Below are positions 36,271 to 45,442 of a DNA stretch of 64,000 nucleotides, piece after piece. Each line of letters begins with the position of its first letter. The stretch's first letter is position 1. The notes below the pieces were generated by a model. It saw only the letters and a list, made by a program, of their open reading frames with translations, had not been told where the DNA came from and made no database searches. The position numbers were made by a program, and so were the translations under genes. The DNA lies in contig CP070639.1 in assembly GCA_020354045.1 (NCBI GenBank), forward strand, positions 3,412,535 through 3,476,534, written 5' to 3'. Source of the stretch: Anaerolineales bacterium. Its GTDB lineage: Bacteria > Chloroflexota > Anaerolineae > Anaerolineales > UBA4823.

Positions 36271-36895
36271 CGTTACCTTTCCTTTCCAGACCGCCACCCA
36301 CTCGCAAGGCAGCAAGCACAAACCCAGACACCTGCTGGGGATCCAGCCACAAGTTGCCCTGTGGACTGAATTGGGAGGCGACTCCCAGATAAATCAACAT
36401 GATTAAATTTGCTGTAGCTAAGGGTTCCACTTGCTGAAAGATGCCTCGCTCAATTCCTGGGCTCAGTACTTCCTGGCTAAGCAGTTGGAACAGTGGCAGG
36501 TAAGCTTGAAATAAATGCTGCCTGAATCCTTCATCATGACCATTCAGTGTGTTAAAAATTGCTTTAGACCAGATGACATGCATCTCTACAAAAGAGAATC
36601 CCGTCAAAAAGAAACTTTCTATACGTCGAGCTGGGTCTGACTCTGCCAGCACCCGTTCTTGGATGAAATCCACATGTTGCTGGCTAAATTCATCGATGAA
36701 AGCATCCATCAAATCCCGTTTGCTGGGGAAATAGTTATACATCGTGCCGATGGAAAACCCGGCTGATTTTGCAATCACATTCACATTTGCCCCCTCGTAG
36801 CCCCGGCGAGCAAACACTTCCGCAGCAGCTTGCAGCAGTCGGGCGCGTGTCTCACCCATGACCTCGTCCCGCTCAGTTTTCTTGTGCCGTATCAT
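36263..36895 (-). CDS. TetR-family transcriptional repressor
   Basis: RARLLQAAAEVFARRGYEGANVNVIAKSAGFSIGTMYNYFPSKRDL. Confidence 0.9.
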   Translation of the reverse strand: MIRHKKTERDEVMGETRARLLQAAAEVFARRGYEGANVNVIAKSAGFSIGTMYNYFPSKRDLMDAFIDEFSQQHVDFIQERVLAESDPARRIESFFLTGFSFVEMHVIWSKAIFNTLNGHDEGFRQHLFQAYLPLFQLLSQEVLSPGIERGIFQQVEPLATANLIMLIYLGVASQFSPQGNLWLDPQQVSGFVLAALRVGGGLERKGNDE

Positions 36896-36914
36896 GATCT
36901 GCCTCCATTTTATA

Positions 36915-36938
36915 ATATGAGTGAGTACTCACTCATAT
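36915..36938. promoter_or_regulatory. Perfect 24-bp palindrome ATATGAGTGAGT|ACTCACTCATAT: probable TetR operator
   Basis: Seen directly. It lies between the candidate -10 and the TetR RBS, so it covers the expected transcription start. Confidence 0.65.
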
Positions 36939-36965
36939 ATTACACAAAAAAAGTACACTTGTCAA
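36937..36965 (-). promoter_or_regulatory. Sigma70-type promoter TTGACA-17-TAATAT for the TetR operon
   Basis: Minus strand: TTGACA (36965-36960), a 17-nt spacer, TAATAT (36942-36937). The -10 overlaps the palindrome by 2 nt. Confidence 0.55.
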
Positions 36966-36993
36966 TACCTTTTCTGGGAAAAAAGGTATTGAC
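36961..36993 (-). terminator. 13-bp-arm inverted repeat GTCAATACCTTTT-N7-AAAAGGTATTGAC (terminator of the AKR gene and/or second operator)
   Basis: Seen directly, 77 nt after the AKR stop. On the minus strand a U7 tract follows 10 nt later. It contains the -35 hexamer of the TetR promoter. Confidence 0.4.
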
Positions 36994-37069
36994 ATTAAAC
37001 CAACACAATCAAAATGCCTGGAACGGTTACTACTTTGCAGCTGGCTGGTTTTTTGATGTCACTGGCTGG

Positions 37070-38128
37070 TCAACGGTAATCACGCGAGAGCTCGTCGAGC
37101 CGGGTTAAATCCCCATCTAAAAGCCTGAAGCTCATTGCACCAGCAGCTTCCTCAGCCTGGTAGATCTTGCTGGCGCCTGGGATCGCGACCACGCTCTCGC
37201 CCTGGAAGTTGATCACCCAGTTCAACGCCACCTGGGCAGGTGTGACCTGGTAGCGTCCAGCAATCTCATCCAGCGCTTCAATCAATGGGCGCGTCCGTCC
37301 AATATGACGCTCGATCTTTGCACGCCAGAAGCGTGGCTTGGATAGCAACAAATCAGGGTTTTTATGGTACACCCCGGAAAGTAAACCATTTGCCAGGGGT
37401 GTATAGGCGATGATGGTCACTCCGAGTTCCTTAGCCACAGCAAGCACGCCGTCGGTCTCGATTTTGCGATTCAGCAGGCTGTATTCCATCTGGTTGGCAG
37501 CCAAAGGCAGACCGCGCTTTTCCAGGGCCTGGTAAGCACGGCGCATCCTATCGGCGCTGAAGTTGCTTACCCCAATCGAGCGAATATGTCCTACTTCGAC
37601 CAGATCAGCCATGACATCCATCTCGGCTTCCGGAGAGGAAAAGCCCCAGGGCTGGTGCACCATATAAAGGCCAACGCTATAGCCCTGCAGAAAGCGCAGG
37701 CGATTATGAATGGATCGCTTGATATGACCAGCCATCCTGAAAAGCGGCAACCATTTGGTTGCCACAACTACCTCCCCATCAGCTTTACCGGCAGCTTTTA
37801 GGGCGTGCGCGAGCGAATTTTCTGATCGACCCAGTCCGTACATCTCAGCAGTATCGAACCAGTTGATGCCTCCCTCCAGGGCAGCTCTGACGATGGCGCT
37901 CTTCGTTTCTTGAGAAAGGTCAGGGAAGGCAACGTTGAAAACACTCGAACCGCCGCCAGAAAATTGCATCACACCTAAACCGATTGGGGTGACCATGATG
38001 CCAGTCTTGCCTAGGGAGCGTTTCTGTATGGATTGATCAGCAGTCAATTGAAACCTCGTGATCGTAGCAGTATTTGATGGTTGATATGTGTTATCAGCTG
38101 TAAACAAATCATGGGGCATATTGTACAC
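37070..38128 (-). CDS. Aldo/keto reductase
   Basis: LGKTGIMVTPIGLGVMQF...INWFDTAEMYG...GVSNF...IPGASK. Confidence 0.9.
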   Translation of the reverse strand: MYNMPHDLFTADNTYQPSNTATITRFQLTADQSIQKRSLGKTGIMVTPIGLGVMQFSGGGSSVFNVAFPDLSQETKSAIVRAALEGGINWFDTAEMYGLGRSENSLAHALKAAGKADGEVVVATKWLPLFRMAGHIKRSIHNRLRFLQGYSVGLYMVHQPWGFSSPEAEMDVMADLVEVGHIRSIGVSNFSADRMRRAYQALEKRGLPLAANQMEYSLLNRKIETDGVLAVAKELGVTIIAYTPLANGLLSGVYHKNPDLLLSKPRFWRAKIERHIGRTRPLIEALDEIAGRYQVTPAQVALNWVINFQGESVVAIPGASKIYQAEEAAGAMSFRLLDGDLTRLDELSRDYR

Positions 38129-38327
38129 GATCCACTCGATGTACCAAATGGACTATCAATTTACTTCCTCTGGTCATATACCAAAATAATCCAATTGCCA
38201 GATGTGCAAAGACTTGCTTTTTTCTATACTAACCTTGTAGGAATCTGCTTAAATTGAAATGAAAAAGCACAAAGCTCCCGAGAAATCATGATGACCGAAA
38301 AGGGTAAAAAAGAAAAGAGAGGCAGTT

Positions 38328-39398
38328 ATGTGGAAAAAAATCTGGCTGGGTCTAGTGGGGCTCGTGCTGGGATTAATCATCTACCTGTATGTGCGCTACC
38401 CACGACCTAACCTGCAGGCAGAGGTCGCAGACAAAGACTACTGCGAGATGTATGGCATAGAATTCGATACTTCCTCCATAGAAGCGATTTATGAAAATCC
38501 CGCAGCGGTCCAGCAGGCAGGTGAGCAATTTCGCTCCCGTGATCCAGCCTACCAGTTCTTCAACACTCATCGCCAAAGGGTGAACAAACGTTTCCCAGTG
38601 GAGCTCTGGGAAAAAACCCTGGAGAGGCTGTCATCTCTGCCAATAGATAAAAGAAAACAGCAATTACCTTTCCGAATGTACCAGGACTTCATGGCGCAAA
38701 AACAAACTTTCTGCAAGCAGGTGATCCCATTTGTCAAAACCTACCTGCCGGAAGGAACTGATCTCAGTGCGACGGTCTATATCACTGCTTTAGAAAATGC
38801 AGCTGCAGGTGGTGCTCTCCAGCGAGAGATTGCCTATACGTTATCCAGTCCATTGTTCACCACCGCCGCACGCATACACCGGCAGAGTGGTGCGACTTCC
38901 GTGTTCAACCTGCTTGGACATGAGCTCGCGCACATCGGCTATGGCGTTCACAACGATCTCCACTCATTCAGCGAAGAAGAAATGCGTAAAAACGAAATCG
39001 TGATCGATATACTGTCTCCCATACACAATGATGGCTTCGCAACTTATGTATCTTATCAACTCTCTGAAAGGTACCCGATCCCATTCGAGTGGCCTCATTG
39101 GGTGTTCAAACGCGAATTTTTCGTGAAATGGTACCTCCAGCGCGTAAACGACTTACTGGCCCTGGCTGGCACACCCGCAGGCACTGAAGAATACAATGAG
39201 ACCTACCGCCGAATTGGAATTTTTGGCTATAACCAGATGGGCTTCTACGTCGTTGGCGCGCACATGGCGATGACGATTGAAGAGCACTATGGTCGTGAAG
39301 CCCTGGTGAAAACTGTGGAAGATGGATTTTATGCTTTTGTCGATACGTATAACTCCGTGGCAGCAGAGCAGATGAAAATTCATTATACGCTCCGCTAG
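38328..39398 (+). CDS. Membrane-anchored hypothetical protein with HExxH metallopeptidase-like motif
   Basis: N-terminal TM IWLGLVGLVLGLIIYLY and an LLGHELAHIGYG motif. Confidence 0.55.
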   Translation: MWKKIWLGLVGLVLGLIIYLYVRYPRPNLQAEVADKDYCEMYGIEFDTSSIEAIYENPAAVQQAGEQFRSRDPAYQFFNTHRQRVNKRFPVELWEKTLERLSSLPIDKRKQQLPFRMYQDFMAQKQTFCKQVIPFVKTYLPEGTDLSATVYITALENAAAGGALQREIAYTLSSPLFTTAARIHRQSGATSVFNLLGHELAHIGYGVHNDLHSFSEEEMRKNEIVIDILSPIHNDGFATYVSYQLSERYPIPFEWPHWVFKREFFVKWYLQRVNDLLALAGTPAGTEEYNETYRRIGIFGYNQMGFYVVGAHMAMTIEEHYGREALVKTVEDGFYAFVDTYNSVAAEQMKIHYTLR

Positions 39399-39603
39399 AC
39401 AAGATGCTTTAATTCGGATTTTCACACTCGATGAGAAGTTGCAGAACCCTGTTTCAGAGCCATTGATCAGGGAAGATTGGCGATATCTGCACGAATAACA
39501 ACCAAACCCATGCCAGGCTGGGATCAGCACTACGCCTCATGATTTTCCCGCAAAGCTGCTACAGTTCATCACTGCGGGGCGGGACCGTGCTGGTATCCCA
39601 AAG

Positions 39604-40746
39604 GTGGGCGTGCATTTCTTTGGAGATCAGGTTTTATGGGGGCAACAGGTGCACAACCTAGAACCAGCGTATGAAAAGAAAACATCACTCAAACAGCGCT
39701 TGGTTTATTTGCAGACTTTACTGAGCAACATTATCAAATTAGCGTGTACAATTGATCCAAACAACGTTGAAGAACAAGTATTTGGAGTCTTAGCTGTGAA
39801 CTTGACTAAAAAAGATCGCTTTATTTCCCCCCACTTTACTGTGCACAGAATTGGAGAAGGTGTTTTCGCGGCACTGCATAAGCCCGGCGGTGGGGCGATT
39901 GCCAATGCCGGATTCGTTGACCTGGGTGACCGCACACTGGTTTTCGATACCTTCATCAGCCACCTGGCAGCCAAAGATTTGCGCCTAGCGGCCGAGCTTA
40001 TGACCGATAACCCGGTAGCTTACGTGATCAACAGCCACTATCACAACGATCACATGCGTGGCAACCAGGTTTTCACTGACACAGAGATTATCACCACCCA
40101 GGGAACTCTGGAATTAATGCACACCGCTGGTCAGGAGGAGCTTGATTGGGATACCAACCAGGTACCGCTTAGGCTGGAAGAATATAAAGCCCAGTATCTT
40201 GCTGCCCAGGATGAAGCATCTAGAAACAGATTGATATTCTGGCTAGATTACTTCCAGGTAATCATTGACTCTCTTCCAGCGCTGAAGATATGTTACCCAC
40301 AGCAGACCTTTGAGGAGCGCTTGACACTAGCAGGTCCGATACGCCAGGTTGAGCTGATCAGCTATGAGGGTGCTCATACGGGCAGTGACGCCATCTTGTG
40401 GCTGCCTGAAGAAAAGATCGCCTTTTTAGCTGACCTGCTGTTCGTGCAGTGCCACCCATTCTTGCCAGATGGAAGTCCAGATGCTTGGCTGGAGACATTG
40501 GAAAAGATCAAGGCACTTGGTGCAAAGACGCTCGTGCCGGGTCATGGGCCAGTGGGTAGACGGAAGGATCTGGATTTGATGACCAAGTATATCGACGCCG
40601 TCAGCAAGTTAGCCGGGGATAAAACCTCCAGCGGAGACCAGATCACTCCTGCACATCTAGGAGAGTCATTCAAAGATTGGGACTTCTCACTTTTCTTTAC
40701 CCCCAATCTGGAATTTATGCGCCAATGGTTATCAGGCAGGCAATAG
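39604..40746 (+). CDS. MBL-fold metallo-hydrolase
   Basis: INSHYHNDHMRGN (HxHxDH)...GAHTGSD...LVPGHGP. The start is uncertain: GTG 39604 is only the first in-frame start in the track. Confidence 0.75.
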   Translation: MGVHFFGDQVLWGQQVHNLEPAYEKKTSLKQRLVYLQTLLSNIIKLACTIDPNNVEEQVFGVLAVNLTKKDRFISPHFTVHRIGEGVFAALHKPGGGAIANAGFVDLGDRTLVFDTFISHLAAKDLRLAAELMTDNPVAYVINSHYHNDHMRGNQVFTDTEIITTQGTLELMHTAGQEELDWDTNQVPLRLEEYKAQYLAAQDEASRNRLIFWLDYFQVIIDSLPALKICYPQQTFEERLTLAGPIRQVELISYEGAHTGSDAILWLPEEKIAFLADLLFVQCHPFLPDGSPDAWLETLEKIKALGAKTLVPGHGPVGRRKDLDLMTKYIDAVSKLAGDKTSSGDQITPAHLGESFKDWDFSLFFTPNLEFMRQWLSGRQ

Positions 40747-40751
40747 ACCGG

Positions 40752-41309
40752 ATGAGTCTTCAAATCAAAATTATCATTTTGTGTGTGGCTTCCATTGGTA
40801 TTGCCTGGATCTCACGCTCATCCTTGCGAGACATTCGCTCACATGGCTTCTACCGCTTTTTCGCCTGGGAAGCGATCCTGGCACTCATTCTGCTGAACGT
40901 AGATCATTGGTTCTACCAGCCTTTCAGGATAAACCAGCTCTTCTCCTGGTCCTTGCTGATCACATCCCTGTTTCTGGTGATCCCAGGTATACAGCTCTTG
41001 CACAAAGCAGGCAAGCAGGACAACCGGCGCAGTGAGCCTGGATTATATGATTTTGAGAAAACCAGCGAGCTGGTAACCACTGGCATTTATGGCTATATCC
41101 GCCACCCGCTGTACAGCTCTCTGCTTTTTCTTGGCTGGGGGGTGTTTTTCAAGCTGCCATCCTGGGTCGGTGGCGTCCTGGCTGGTCTGGCAACTCTCTT
41201 CCTGTGGCTGACCGCCAGAAATGAAGAAGTCGAGAATATTGCCTATTTCGGCTCAGCCTATCAAGACTACATGCACAAGACCAGGATGTTTATCCCATTT
41301 CTATTCTAG
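40752..41309 (+). CDS. ICMT/PEMT-family membrane methyltransferase (paralog 4 of 4)
   Basis: GIYGYIRHPLYSSLLFLGWG...NEEVENIAYFGSAYQDYMHKTRMFIPF. I chose ATG 40752, just after the MBL stop. Confidence 0.7.
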   Translation: MSLQIKIIILCVASIGIAWISRSSLRDIRSHGFYRFFAWEAILALILLNVDHWFYQPFRINQLFSWSLLITSLFLVIPGIQLLHKAGKQDNRRSEPGLYDFEKTSELVTTGIYGYIRHPLYSSLLFLGWGVFFKLPSWVGGVLAGLATLFLWLTARNEEVENIAYFGSAYQDYMHKTRMFIPFLF

Positions 41310-42104
41310 ATGAAACTCAGTCTCACCTCAATTCAAGCTCCTAACCAGGACCGCATCGCAGCTGCGTTGGCAGGTTATCTTCAAGACAGAACGGGCATTC
41401 CAGTCGATTTCAAACATGAACTTACCTGGCAAGAACGCCTGCGTTTGCTCGACGCGGGCGAGATTGACATCGGTTGGATATGCGGACTGCCTTATATCCA
41501 GAGAGCTGACCAGCCAGTGACACAGATTGAGCTGCTGGTCGCCCCGGTAATGCGCGCTGAACGCTATCAAAACCAGCCGGTTTACTTTTCGGATGTCATC
41601 GTCCGTAAAGAGAGCCCTTACCAATCAATCGATGATTTACGGGGCAAGTCTTGGGCATACAACGAGCCAGGTTCCCATTCTGGCTACAACCTGACACGCT
41701 TCATGCTGGCAAAAATGGGCGCCTATTCTGACTACTTTGCCCCAGTTGTAGAGGCCGGTAGCCACCAGACTGCGCTGGAATTGTTATTGGCAGGCAAGAT
41801 CGAGGCCACAGCCATCGACAGCACGGTCCTGGAGATCGAGCTGGAAGAAAGACCGGAAATCGTTGGCCAGATTCGCACCCTCACCACCTGGGGTCCCAGC
41901 CCCATCCCACCCTGGGTGATACAAAAGAAGCTACCAGCTCGGTTAAAAACTGTATTGCGAGAAGCTCTATTAAGCTTGGATAATAAAAAGGATTTTCAAC
42001 ACTTATTCACTAACTCAGGTCTCAAGGGCTTCGTCCAGGTTAATGATCAGGATTACAATCCCATCCGGGAGATGTATCAAATCGCACAAACTGTGCAGCT
42101 TTAA
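41310..42104 (+). CDS. PhnD-like (phosphonate/phosphite-type) periplasmic-binding-fold protein without a signal peptide
   Basis: GEIDIGWICGLPYI...SWAYNEPGSHSGY...KIEATAIDSTVLE. The ATG abuts the upstream stop (TAGATG). The N-terminus MKLSLTSIQAPNQDRIAAAL is not hydrophobic. Confidence 0.65.
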   Translation: MKLSLTSIQAPNQDRIAAALAGYLQDRTGIPVDFKHELTWQERLRLLDAGEIDIGWICGLPYIQRADQPVTQIELLVAPVMRAERYQNQPVYFSDVIVRKESPYQSIDDLRGKSWAYNEPGSHSGYNLTRFMLAKMGAYSDYFAPVVEAGSHQTALELLLAGKIEATAIDSTVLEIELEERPEIVGQIRTLTTWGPSPIPPWVIQKKLPARLKTVLREALLSLDNKKDFQHLFTNSGLKGFVQVNDQDYNPIREMYQIAQTVQL

Positions 42105-42221
42105 TTACGGATGCCTTCGAACCTGTTCCGCGTTTGCCAAAGCACACAATATTGACAAATCTGGTCACCAGGGTATTATAAAATGAGTATTTAAACAAGC
42201 ATGTACGACAAGGAGCGAAAT

Positions 42222-42863
42222 ATGGATTGTTGCCATCTTGAGGGCATTGAAATGCAATTCAATCGTAAAAAAGCCCTCCAGAAGCTGAATGATTACCGTA
42301 AAGATGGACCCCAAAAAACTACACGCATATTAGTGAATGCCCTGCAGGCAATTGGCGTGCAAGACCTGACCCTGCTAGATATTGGGGGCGGCATCGGGGC
42401 GATCCAACATGAATTGCTAAAAGCAGGGATAAGGCAAGCCACCAATCTAGAGGCTTCTTCAGCTTACCTGGAAGCATGCCAGATGGAGGCCGAAAGGCAA
42501 GGCTTCGACACAAAAATCCAACATATCCACGGAGACTTTGCGAATATGCATGGCGCGCCTTCCGCTGATATCGTCACGTTAGAGCGCGTGATCTGCTGCT
42601 ACCCCGACATGCCGGGGCTGGTTACGCAATCTTGTGAAAAAGCCAAGCAGCTACTCGGGTTAGTTTACCCCCATGAAGCCTGGTGGGTGAAGATCGGGAT
42701 GGCACTTATCTACAACCTAGCACTAAGTTTAAGCAGAAGTCAATTCCGGGTCTTTTTACATTCCACGCAAAAAGTGGATGCCCTGATACGCAGCCGCGGC
42801 TTTGAGCGCCAATTTTTCCAAATCACTGGACCGTGGCAAGTCGTGGTGTACCAGCGGGCTTAA
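42222..42863 (+). CDS. Class I SAM-dependent methyltransferase
   Basis: LLDIGGGIGAIQHELLKAG motif I. AAGGAG lies 7 nt before ATG 42222. Confidence 0.7.
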   Translation: MDCCHLEGIEMQFNRKKALQKLNDYRKDGPQKTTRILVNALQAIGVQDLTLLDIGGGIGAIQHELLKAGIRQATNLEASSAYLEACQMEAERQGFDTKIQHIHGDFANMHGAPSADIVTLERVICCYPDMPGLVTQSCEKAKQLLGLVYPHEAWWVKIGMALIYNLALSLSRSQFRVFLHSTQKVDALIRSRGFERQFFQITGPWQVVVYQRA

Positions 42864-42918
42864 TAAGATCCCCAGTTTCGCGTGCACCCATTAATCGAAA
42901 ATATGCTTCTGACTGGGA

Positions 42919-44775
42919 TCAAACCAGCAATAACTCTTTCGCCTTCTTGGTTTGTTTGCCGCGCGCCTCGGTATCTAAGATACGTTTACGGATACGGTAG
43001 GAAGCTGGAGTGACCTCCAGCAGCTCGTCATCCGCCAGGTACTCAATAGCCTCATCCAGACTCATCCCCCTCGGCGGTGTCAGGCGGATCTCCATCTCCC
43101 CCCGTGACGAGCGCATGTTGGTCAGGTGCTTCTTTTTACAAACATTTACTACCAGATCACCCGGGCGGGCATTTTCTCCCACCACCATGCCCTCATAAAC
43201 TTCCACGCCAGGTCCAAGAAACAGGCTGCCACGCGCTTCGGCGCTACTCAGTGCATAGGCTGTGGTCGTACCGGCTTCCCAGGCAACCAACGAGCCCGTT
43301 CCCCTTGTCGCCATCGTCCCAGCCATCTCGTCGTAACCATGGAAGATGGTGTGCAGTATGCCCGATCCACGCGTGGCAGTTAGAAACTGGTAGCGAAAAC
43401 CAAGCAACCCGCGCGTCGGGACAATATAGACCAGGCGTGTGGTACCTTGCCCGGTGTCCTGTATATCCAGCATGCGACCACGCCGCGCTCCCAGCATCTC
43501 CACCACCACACCAACGGTCGGATTGCTGGTCTCAACATGGATTTCCTCGTAAGGCTCAAGCAACGAGCCATCTTCAGCCTGCCGGAATATCACCTCCGGC
43601 CTGGAAACCTGAAATTCATACCCTTCTCTACGCATGGTTTCAATCAGGATACCCAGGTGCAGCTCACCTCGTCCTGAGACCAGGAAATTCTCAGCCGAAT
43701 CCGTCTCCTGTACGCGCAAAGCGACATTGGTGCGCAGCTCATTGAAGAGACGCTCGCGCAGTTTGCGGGAAGTGCTCCAGGTTCCTTCTTTACCGGCGAA
43801 GGGTGAAGTATTTACACCGAAGGTCATGCGTACGGTCGGCTCTTCCACCTTAATGGGTGGTAACGAATTTGAGTGTTCTGGATCAGCGAGTGTCTCGCCT
43901 ATGGCGATATCCTCCAGACCAGCCAGTGCGATGATCTCCCCTGCTTCGGCTTCGTCTACTTCTATTTTCTCCAGGCCTTGGTGGACCGATAAGTAACGCG
44001 CCCGGTCGGGAAAATTATGACCATCCAAAGTGAGGCGCGCCAGGCTTTGTCCAGCCTTGATCCTGCCACTAAATATGCGACCAACTGCAGTGATGCCGCG
44101 GTAATCATCATAACCCAAGGTGGTAACCAACATTTGTAAGGGTAAATCGGGATCTACCAGAGGAGCCGGGATATGGTGCAGAATCGCCTCAAACAAGGGT
44201 TGCAGGTCCGGACCTAACTCCGGAGTTTTACCTGCCTGTCCAGTAGTGGCCTTGGCATAGATCACCGGGAAATCAGCCTGTTCATCCGTCGCGCCCAACT
44301 CGATGAACAGGTCAAAGGTCTGGTTCAGCACCCGCTCGGGATTGGCATCTTTCCGGTCAATTTTGTTGATGACCACAACCGCCTTGTGCCCGCGCTCCAG
44401 CGCTTTCTTCAGCACAAAACGCGTCTGCGGCATGGGTCCTTCAGCTGCATCTACCAGCAAGAGTACCCCATCGACCATGTTCATCACGCGTTCGACTTCA
44501 CCACCAAAATCTGCATGGCCGGGTGTGTCAACAATATTAATCTTCACTTCCTGTCCATCAATGGGGTCAGGAATAATAATAGCAGTGTTCTTCGCCAGGA
44601 TGGTGATGCCGCGCTCACGTTCGAGGTCGTTCGAATCCATGATGCGCACAGCAACCTGCTGGTTCTCCCGGAAGATGTGCGCTTGGCGCAGCATGCCATC
44701 CACCAGTGTGGTTTTGCCGTGGTCCACGTGAGCAATAATCGCGATATTACGCAGGTCAGTTCTTTCGTGCAACAT
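42919..44775 (-). CDS. typA: Translational GTPase TypA/BipA
   Basis: [18 protein letters not shown]...[17 protein letters not shown]...NKIDR and EF-G-like C-terminal domains. Confidence 0.95.
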   Translation of the reverse strand: MLHERTDLRNIAIIAHVDHGKTTLVDGMLRQAHIFRENQQVAVRIMDSNDLERERGITILAKNTAIIIPDPIDGQEVKINIVDTPGHADFGGEVERVMNMVDGVLLLVDAAEGPMPQTRFVLKKALERGHKAVVVINKIDRKDANPERVLNQTFDLFIELGATDEQADFPVIYAKATTGQAGKTPELGPDLQPLFEAILHHIPAPLVDPDLPLQMLVTTLGYDDYRGITAVGRIFSGRIKAGQSLARLTLDGHNFPDRARYLSVHQGLEKIEVDEAEAGEIIALAGLEDIAIGETLADPEHSNSLPPIKVEEPTVRMTFGVNTSPFAGKEGTWSTSRKLRERLFNELRTNVALRVQETDSAENFLVSGRGELHLGILIETMRREGYEFQVSRPEVIFRQAEDGSLLEPYEEIHVETSNPTVGVVVEMLGARRGRMLDIQDTGQGTTRLVYIVPTRGLLGFRYQFLTATRGSGILHTIFHGYDEMAGTMATRGTGSLVAWEAGTTTAYALSSAEARGSLFLGPGVEVYEGMVVGENARPGDLVVNVCKKKHLTNMRSSRGEMEIRLTPPRGMSLDEAIEYLADDELLEVTPASYRIRKRILDTEARGKQTKKAKELLLV

Positions 44776-44833
44776 ATACTACCTTCAACATCTGTATAAG
44801 AGGCCGGCAGCAGCCGCCCCTTGAATTGACGAA

Positions 44834-44862
44834 CAAAAAACCCCGGCAAAGATACCGGGGCT
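44834..44862 (-). terminator. Intrinsic terminator ending the aromatic operon
   Basis: The minus strand reads CCCCGG-UAUCUUUG-CCGGGG followed by UUUUUUG, about 100 nt after the aroQ stop. Confidence 0.6.
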
Positions 44863-44964
44863 CCGGCGTGCGAGCAGAATGTTATCAGAATGTGACCAAT
44901 TTGAACAGGGTCATCTTGCAGCCACTGCCATTTCAGACCAGTCTGCATGAAGCCCACGACCAAA

Positions 44965-45402
44965 TCATTCGCTCAGGAGGTGCACCATAGCCTGCAATCC
45001 CAGCCAGTAGGAGCGCCAGCCAAACCCCACAATCTTGCCACTGCAAACCGGTGAGATGAGCGATTGATGGCGGAACTCCTCACGGGCATAGACATTCGAG
45101 AGATGCACTTCAATGACTGGGAGTCCAATAGCTGCCACTGCATCCCGCAGAGCAACCGAGGTGTGTGTATAGCCGCCTGGATTAAACAGCACTCCGTCCG
45201 CCCAGTTACGGGCTTGATGCAAAGCATCGATCAAGGCGCCCTCGCTGTTGGATTGGAAACTCCGTATTTCCAGGCCAAGCTCCACTCCAGCTACAGCCAG
45301 CCTCTCATTAATCTCTTTGAGAGTCAAAGAGCCATACACTTCAGGCTCACGGCTCCCGAGCAGGTTGAGATTTGGCCCATGAAGAACAAGGATGGCAGGC
45401 AT
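44965..45402 (-). CDS. aroQ: Type II 3-dehydroquinate dehydratase
   Basis: ILVLHGPNLNLLGSREPEVYG...NPGGYTHTSVALRDA...IEVHLSN. Confidence 0.95.
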   Translation of the reverse strand: MPAILVLHGPNLNLLGSREPEVYGSLTLKEINERLAVAGVELGLEIRSFQSNSEGALIDALHQARNWADGVLFNPGGYTHTSVALRDAVAAIGLPVIEVHLSNVYAREEFRHQSLISPVCSGKIVGFGWRSYWLGLQAMVHLLSE

Positions 45403-45442
45403 TACAACACCTCCTCAGGCTGCCCTAAATGTGTCTCGGATA

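Noticed and set aside
36961-36993. Inverted repeat as a mobile-element terminal repeat or MITE
   Set aside because: It is a single hairpin with no second copy, no target duplication and no transposase. A terminator or operator role is more parsimonious.
43077-43745. 222-aa plus-strand ORF (with several other 60-140 aa ORFs) inside the typA region
   Set aside because: It is antisense to an unambiguous TypA/BipA gene. The translation is Pro/Ser/Arg-rich and low-complexity with no recognisable motif. It is a typical shadow ORF.
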